This document shows, in pieces, positions 33,461 through 37,946 of a stretch of DNA of 37,946 nt; the first letter of the stretch is position 1, and every line of letters starts with the position of its first letter. The position numbers and the translations under genes were made by a program. Below the pieces are notes generated by a model. That model searched no databases and had not been told where the DNA came from. It saw only the letters and a program-made list of their open reading frames with translations. This DNA is from Candidatus Omnitrophota bacterium (GTDB lineage Bacteria > Omnitrophota > 4484-213), in NCBI GenBank assembly GCA_021158625.1, contig JAGGUG010000076.1, positions 1-37,946 on the forward strand, read 5' to 3'.

Positions 33461-34321
33461 ATGATTTTATTAACGGGCACAAGCGGTCAGTTAGCAAAAG
33501 AATTTCAGCGGATTTTGCCCGAGAGAGGTTTGGAATTTTCGGCACCTTTAGAAGAAAAATTAGACATAAGCAATTTTGAACAAGTAAAATGTGCTATTGA
33601 AGAGATAAAGCCAGATGTTATCATAAATTGCGCCGCTTACAATTTAGTAGATGAAGCCGAAGAAGAACCGTCTTTGGCATTTAAGGTCAATAGCGATGCA
33701 GTTGAAAACTTAGCCGTTTTATGTAGAAGGTTCAACATCTTCCTTGTCCACTTCAGCACCGATTATGTTTTCGATGGCAGAAAGAAAGAATTTTATATAG
33801 AAGAGGATTTAGTCAATCCTGTAAATAAATATGGCGAGAGTAAACTAAAGGGAGAAGAGTTAATAAAAAAGCATCTGAATAACTTTCTGATTTTAAGATT
33901 AAGCTGGGTGATAGGAGAGGGAAGAAGGAATTTTCTCTATAAACTATTCAACTGGACTAAACAAAAACGCATTTTAAAAATTAGCTGCGATGAAGTTTCA
34001 GTTCCTACATATGTAGAGGATGTCGTCCATACAACCCTTTTATCTTTAAAAAAAGGATTAAAGGGACTCTATCATTTAACAAATAGCGGCTACTGTTCAA
34101 GATACGAACTCGCAAAATATTTTGTTAAAAAAATGGGCTTAGATAATATCCTTCTCCCTGTGCCAGCGAGTTCATTTATCCTTACGGGCACAGGTAAGGC
34201 CATGGCAAAGAGACCCTTATTTTCGGCTATGTCAAATGGCAAAATTTCAAAGGAGTTGAATATTTCCATTCCTGAATGGGAGGACGGTGTAGACAGATTT
34301 ATTATCCGAATCTACAAATAA
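33461..34321 (+). CDS. rfbD: dTDP-4-dehydrorhamnose reductase
   Basis: ILLTGTSGQL, INCAAYN.VD.AE, STDYVFDG, YGESKL. Confidence 0.9.
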   Translation: MILLTGTSGQLAKEFQRILPERGLEFSAPLEEKLDISNFEQVKCAIEEIKPDVIINCAAYNLVDEAEEEPSLAFKVNSDAVENLAVLCRRFNIFLVHFSTDYVFDGRKKEFYIEEDLVNPVNKYGESKLKGEELIKKHLNNFLILRLSWVIGEGRRNFLYKLFNWTKQKRILKISCDEVSVPTYVEDVVHTTLLSLKKGLKGLYHLTNSGYCSRYELAKYFVKKMGLDNILLPVPASSFILTGTGKAMAKRPLFSAMSNGKISKELNISIPEWEDGVDRFIIRIYK

Positions 34322-34337
34322 AAAATAGGAAAAGAGA

Positions 34338-35288
34338 ATGAGAATTTTAGTTACTGGGGGGGCAGGGTTTATCGGCAGCGAATTTGTCCGACAGATTATT
34401 CCGGAGGGCTATAAACCCATAGTTGTCGACAAATTGACCTATGCCGGGGATTTGAAAAGGCTGAAGGAAGTTAGAGGAAAGTATAAATTTTATAAAGCAG
34501 ATATTTGCAACAAGAAAAAAATAGAAGAGATATTTGCCAGAGAAAAACCTCAGATTATAGTCAATTTCGCCGCCGAGACTCATGTTGATAGAAGTATTAT
34601 CAATGCCACACCTTTTATAGAAACCAACATTAAGGGAACTCAGGTTTTATTAGACGCTTCAGAAAAATATAAAATTAAAAAATTTATTCACATCTCGACA
34701 GACGAGACCTATGGAGAAATAAAAAAAGGGAGGTTTTCTGAAGATTCCCCTTTATCTCCTAACAGCCCTTATGCTGCTTCAAAAGCCGCTGCCGATTTAC
34801 TTATAAAGGCATATATCCGAACCTATAAGTTTCCGGCAATGATAATTAGGCCCTGTAATAATTATGGGCCTTGGCAATATCCTGAGAAATTTATTCCCGT
34901 AGTGATTTGTAAAGCATTGCAAAACAAAAAAATCCCGGTGTACGCTCAAGGATTGAATAAAAGAGAGTGGTTATATGTTGCTGACTGCGTAGCCGCAATA
35001 GCATTAATTCTCGAAAAAGGTAAAATAGGAGAAATTTATAATGTTGGTTCTGGCGTTGAAAAGAGAAATATTGATGTGGCAAGGAGCATTCTTAGGATGC
35101 TCGGCAAATCTGAGAATTTAATTCAATTTGTGAAGGACCGTCCTGGCCATGATTTCAGGTACGCCCTTGATTCGCCGAAGATTCAGAAACTTGGCTGGAA
35201 ACCAAAAGTTGATTTCTATGAGGGCTTAAGAAAGACAGTGAAGTGGTTTACCTCGAATTCTCCAAGAGGGTTCAGAGAAAAGAGATGA
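34338..35288 (+). CDS. rfbB: dTDP-glucose 4,6-dehydratase
   Basis: VTGGAGFIGS, AAETHVDRSI, STDETYG, YAASKAAAD, RPGHDFRYA. Confidence 0.95.
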   Translation: MRILVTGGAGFIGSEFVRQIIPEGYKPIVVDKLTYAGDLKRLKEVRGKYKFYKADICNKKKIEEIFAREKPQIIVNFAAETHVDRSIINATPFIETNIKGTQVLLDASEKYKIKKFIHISTDETYGEIKKGRFSEDSPLSPNSPYAASKAAADLLIKAYIRTYKFPAMIIRPCNNYGPWQYPEKFIPVVICKALQNKKIPVYAQGLNKREWLYVADCVAAIALILEKGKIGEIYNVGSGVEKRNIDVARSILRMLGKSENLIQFVKDRPGHDFRYALDSPKIQKLGWKPKVDFYEGLRKTVKWFTSNSPRGFREKR

Positions 35289-36241
35289 ATAATTCTTTAA
35301 AAGGCAAAAGGGTTTTAGTGACTGGTGGCTGTGGTTTTATTGGTTCGCATATTGTAGATAAGTTAGTAGAACTCGGTTCAAATGTTATAATTTTAGATGA
35401 CCTTTCTACCGGCAATCTGGATAACATAAAGCACCATAGGAATAAAGTGGAGTTCGTCAAGGGGGATATAAGAGACGAGGCCCTTCTTGATAAAATCTTA
35501 AACGGCGTTGAGTTAATCTCTCATCAAGCCGCTCTGCGGAGTGTGCCTAAATCCGTGGGCAGACCCTTTGACTATCACGATGTAAATGTAAGGGGTACCC
35601 TAAACCTATATCTAAAGGCAAAAGAGAGAGGTATAAAACGCATTGTCTATGCCTCCAGTAGTTCAGTTTATGGAGAAAGGTTTGATTTTCCCGAGAAAGA
35701 AACCGATTCTCCTAAACCTCTATCTCCCTATGCGGCAACAAAACTCTTTGGTGAATACTACGGCTATATCTTTACTAAATTATATGGATTAGAGGTTGTT
35801 TGTTTGAGATACTTCAATGTCTTTGGGCCGCGGCAGTCCCTGGAGAATAAATATGCCCTCGTTGTTCCTAAATTTATTACATCTCTATTAAACGATGAGA
35901 ATCCGTCTATCTATGGCGATGGCAATCAAGAGAGAGATTTTGTCTATATTGAGGATGTAGTAGAGGCAAATATTCTGGCTCTGACAAAAGAAGGCATAGA
36001 AGGAGAGGTCTTTAACATTGCAAGTAGCAAGCCTCAATCGGTTAATAATCTCTTAAAGATATTACAGGAGATTACCGCTAAGGATATAGACCCTGTTTAT
36101 TTAGACCCAAGGCCGGGAGATGTCCGAAAGACTCAGGGTGATATAGATAGAGCAAAGAAACTATTGGGCTGGCACGCAAAGACGGATTTTCGCCAGGGAT
36201 TAAAAAAGACAGTGGAGTGGTTTTCTGATAGCAAAATTTAA
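35285..36241 (+). CDS. NAD-dependent nucleotide-sugar epimerase (GalE/WbpP/UDP-uronate 4-epimerase-like SDR)
   Basis: VTGGCGFIGSH, SSSSVYG, YAATKL..E, LRYFNVFGPRQ. ATGA overlap with the rfbB stop. Confidence 0.85.
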   Translation: MNNSLKGKRVLVTGGCGFIGSHIVDKLVELGSNVIILDDLSTGNLDNIKHHRNKVEFVKGDIRDEALLDKILNGVELISHQAALRSVPKSVGRPFDYHDVNVRGTLNLYLKAKERGIKRIVYASSSSVYGERFDFPEKETDSPKPLSPYAATKLFGEYYGYIFTKLYGLEVVCLRYFNVFGPRQSLENKYALVVPKFITSLLNDENPSIYGDGNQERDFVYIEDVVEANILALTKEGIEGEVFNIASSKPQSVNNLLKILQEITAKDIDPVYLDPRPGDVRKTQGDIDRAKKLLGWHAKTDFRQGLKKTVEWFSDSKI

Positions 36242-36338
36242 TTTATATTGCTGAAGGTTTGCAAGCACGCTTTTTAAGTGCTCCTTTGAGTGGTTGATTC
36301 TGAGGGCGCAAGACCTTATTGGCTAAGGGGGGTAAAAA

Positions 36339-37544
36339 ATGATTCCTGAATCAGAGATTAAAAAATTGTCTATCAAGACCAATTCCAGAATTGTTTTATT
36401 GGTAATAGATGGATTGGGGGGGTTACCTTATACCGACGGAAAAACAGAGTTAGAAGCCGCCCGTATCCCTAATTTGGATAACCTTGTTCGAAGAGGGATC
36501 TCGGGGGCAACTATTCCAGTTTCTTATGGAATTACTCCCGGAAGCGGTCCGGCCCATCTTTCTTTATTCGGTTATGACCCTCTGAGATACGAGATTGGAC
36601 GCGGGGTTTTGGAGGCGTTGGGTATTGGTTTAGAACTGAGCGATAAAGACCTTGCCGCCCGCGGGAATTTTGCCACAATGGATAAAGAGGGAGTAATCAT
36701 TGACCGTCGGGCAGGCAGGATTTCCGATGAAGAGAACAAAAGGATTTGCAAACTTTTACAAAAAAAAATAGTAAAAATAGAGGATACCGAAGTTTTAATC
36801 AAACCGGGCAAAGAACACCGTTTTGTAATTCTCTTTCGCGGTGAGAGTCTCGAAGAGATTAACGACACCGACCCCCAAGAGGTAGGTAAGAGAGCAAGGA
36901 AAGCAGAGGTTGAGAGACCTGGCCAAGAGAAATCTGCACGGATAGTGAACGAATTTGTCCGTTTAAGCAATGAGGTTTTAAAAAATGAACCCAGAGCAAA
37001 TACTGTTTTATTAAGAGGAATTTGCAAATGCCCGCCAATTCCTTCGATGAGTGAGCTCTTTAAATTGAAACCGGCGGCTATTGCTACTTATCCGATGTAT
37101 CGTGGTCTGGCAAGGTTGGTGGGAATGGAGGTTTTGGATAGTGGGTTAACCATAGAAGATGAGTTTAGAACCTTGAAAAAAAACTTTTCCGAGTATGATT
37201 TCTTTTACCTCCACATCAAAAAGACAGATAGCTACGGTGAAGATGGAAACAGAGAGAATAAAATAAAGATAATTGAAGAGGTAGATAGTTTTATTCCCCG
37301 GGTATTGGATTTAGCCCCCGATGTTTTGGTAATTACTGGCGACCATTCTACTCCTGCTCTCTTAAAAGGGCACTCCTGGCATCCCAATCCCTTTCTGCTC
37401 TATTCTAAATTTACCCGTGTTGATGGATTAAAAAGGTTCAGTGAAAGAGAATGCGTTAAAGGTGGCTTAGGTATATTTTCGGCCACGGAAGCAATGCCCC
37501 TGATGCTCGCTAATGCTTTGAAGCTCAAGAAGTGGGGGGCGTAG
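36339..37544 (+). CDS. apgM: Cofactor-independent phosphoglycerate mutase, archaeal-type (ApgM family)
   Basis: VIDGLGG, GSGPAHLSLFGYDP, DRRAGRI, TGDHSTP; about 400 aa. Confidence 0.85.
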   Translation: MIPESEIKKLSIKTNSRIVLLVIDGLGGLPYTDGKTELEAARIPNLDNLVRRGISGATIPVSYGITPGSGPAHLSLFGYDPLRYEIGRGVLEALGIGLELSDKDLAARGNFATMDKEGVIIDRRAGRISDEENKRICKLLQKKIVKIEDTEVLIKPGKEHRFVILFRGESLEEINDTDPQEVGKRARKAEVERPGQEKSARIVNEFVRLSNEVLKNEPRANTVLLRGICKCPPIPSMSELFKLKPAAIATYPMYRGLARLVGMEVLDSGLTIEDEFRTLKKNFSEYDFFYLHIKKTDSYGEDGNRENKIKIIEEVDSFIPRVLDLAPDVLVITGDHSTPALLKGHSWHPNPFLLYSKFTRVDGLKRFSERECVKGGLGIFSATEAMPLMLANALKLKKWGA

Positions 37545-37545
37545 G

Positions 37546-37610
37546 GTGAAATTCCAAATCCCAAGCACCAAATAACAAATAAATCTCAAGCACCAAATCC
37601 CAATGACCGA
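37546..37610 (+). repeat. CCAAAT-type heptamer arm preceding the four-helix-bundle gene
   Basis: GTGAAATTCCAAATCCCAAGCACCAAATAACAAATAAATCTCAAGCACCAAATCCCAATGACC. It shares an exact 23-mer (as reverse complement) with the right arm of the element at 26974-27208. Confidence 0.75.
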
Positions 37611-37621
37611 AACAGAGACAA

Positions 37622-37946
37622 ATGGATAATTATGATTTAGAAGAGCGAACTTATCAGTTTGCTAAAGAAGTTGCTTTATTTGTAAAGAAACTGCCAAAGA
37701 CAATTGCAAATATAGAATATGCAAGACAAGTAATAAAATCCTCAGGTTCGACAGGAGGAAATTATATTGAAGCTAATGAATCCTTGAGCAAAAAAGGATT
37801 TTGTAATGAGAATTAAAATTTGCCGCAAGGAAGCAAAAGAATCTGCTTATTGGTTAAGATTACTTGTAGATACAAATTCAGAGGATTTCAGACAAGAAGG
37901 TTTGTCCCTCAAGAAAGAGGCTACAGAATTAAAGAAAATTTTCTCC
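37622..37946 (+). pseudogene. Four-helix-bundle protein (23S rRNA intervening-sequence protein / Avd family), interrupted by a 1-nt frameshift in an A6 run and truncated by the window end
   Basis: Frame 0 gives MDNYDLEERTYQFAKEV...GNYIEANESLSKK, then stops at 37814-37816. The +1 frame from 37797 continues the family pattern: DFVMRIKICRKEAKESAYWLRLLVDTN...ELKKIFS. Removing one A from 37790-37795 restores the frame. Confidence 0.7.

Noticed and set aside
37787-37799. Programmed -1 frameshift at the A-AAA-AAG-like slippery run in the four-helix-bundle gene
   Set aside because: The downstream frame is +1, not -1, relative to the upstream frame. A -1 slip gives AGG ATT TTG TAA. A 1-nt homopolymer indel is the simpler explanation.

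Overview
Mostly housekeeping chromosomal segment with about 36 protein genes. It comes from a diderm-type bacterium, since Lnt, MlaEFD and a TonB-like protein are present; I cannot assign the lineage from sequence alone. Gene order: gatA(partial)-gatB-prfB-secA-lnt-PP-loop ATPase | ribH-nusB-ribD-ribE | (minus strand) pckG-purC-DRTGG protein | thyX | PIN cassette | two MetE-like genes | tonB-like | rpsU | pilC/gspF | clpC-mlaE-mlaF-mlaD | gap | ugd-uxs-arnE-like-rfbA-rfbC-rfbD-rfbB-epimerase | apgM | four-helix-bundle (23S IVS / Avd family) gene, frameshifted and cut by the window end. No rRNA, tRNA, CRISPR array, transposase or integrase was found. The gene content is ordinary. The unusual part is a dense layer of small structured repeats that fills almost every intergenic spacer and also sits inside open reading frames. 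(1) A 54-60 nt palindromic element has 13-nt termini TACCCTGTTAAAT/ATTTAACAGGGTA and two internal mini-hairpins. It is inserted in frame in pckG and nusB, donates the C-terminus and stop codon of uxs, and is nested in the mlaF-mlaD spacer. (2) A related 84-93 bp element is inserted in the same frame in gatA and the tonB-like gene (FTPLE...GFT). (3) Degenerate heptanucleotide arrays, often about 5 units or 35 nt, form the arms of long intergenic hairpins. They also occur in frame three times in lnt, including a perfect (CCCCGCT)5, and form the C-terminal tails of nusB and purC. (4) A portable leader repeat supplies the Shine-Dalgarno of both ribH and gap. (5) A two-hairpin module abuts the start codons of nusB, ribE and clpC. 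Other points of note: the canonical prfB +1 frameshift, a PIN plus small-ORF cassette flanked by 44-bp direct repeats, and a split two-gene MetE arrangement. All functional interpretation of the repeats is inference and needs genome-wide and experimental checks.
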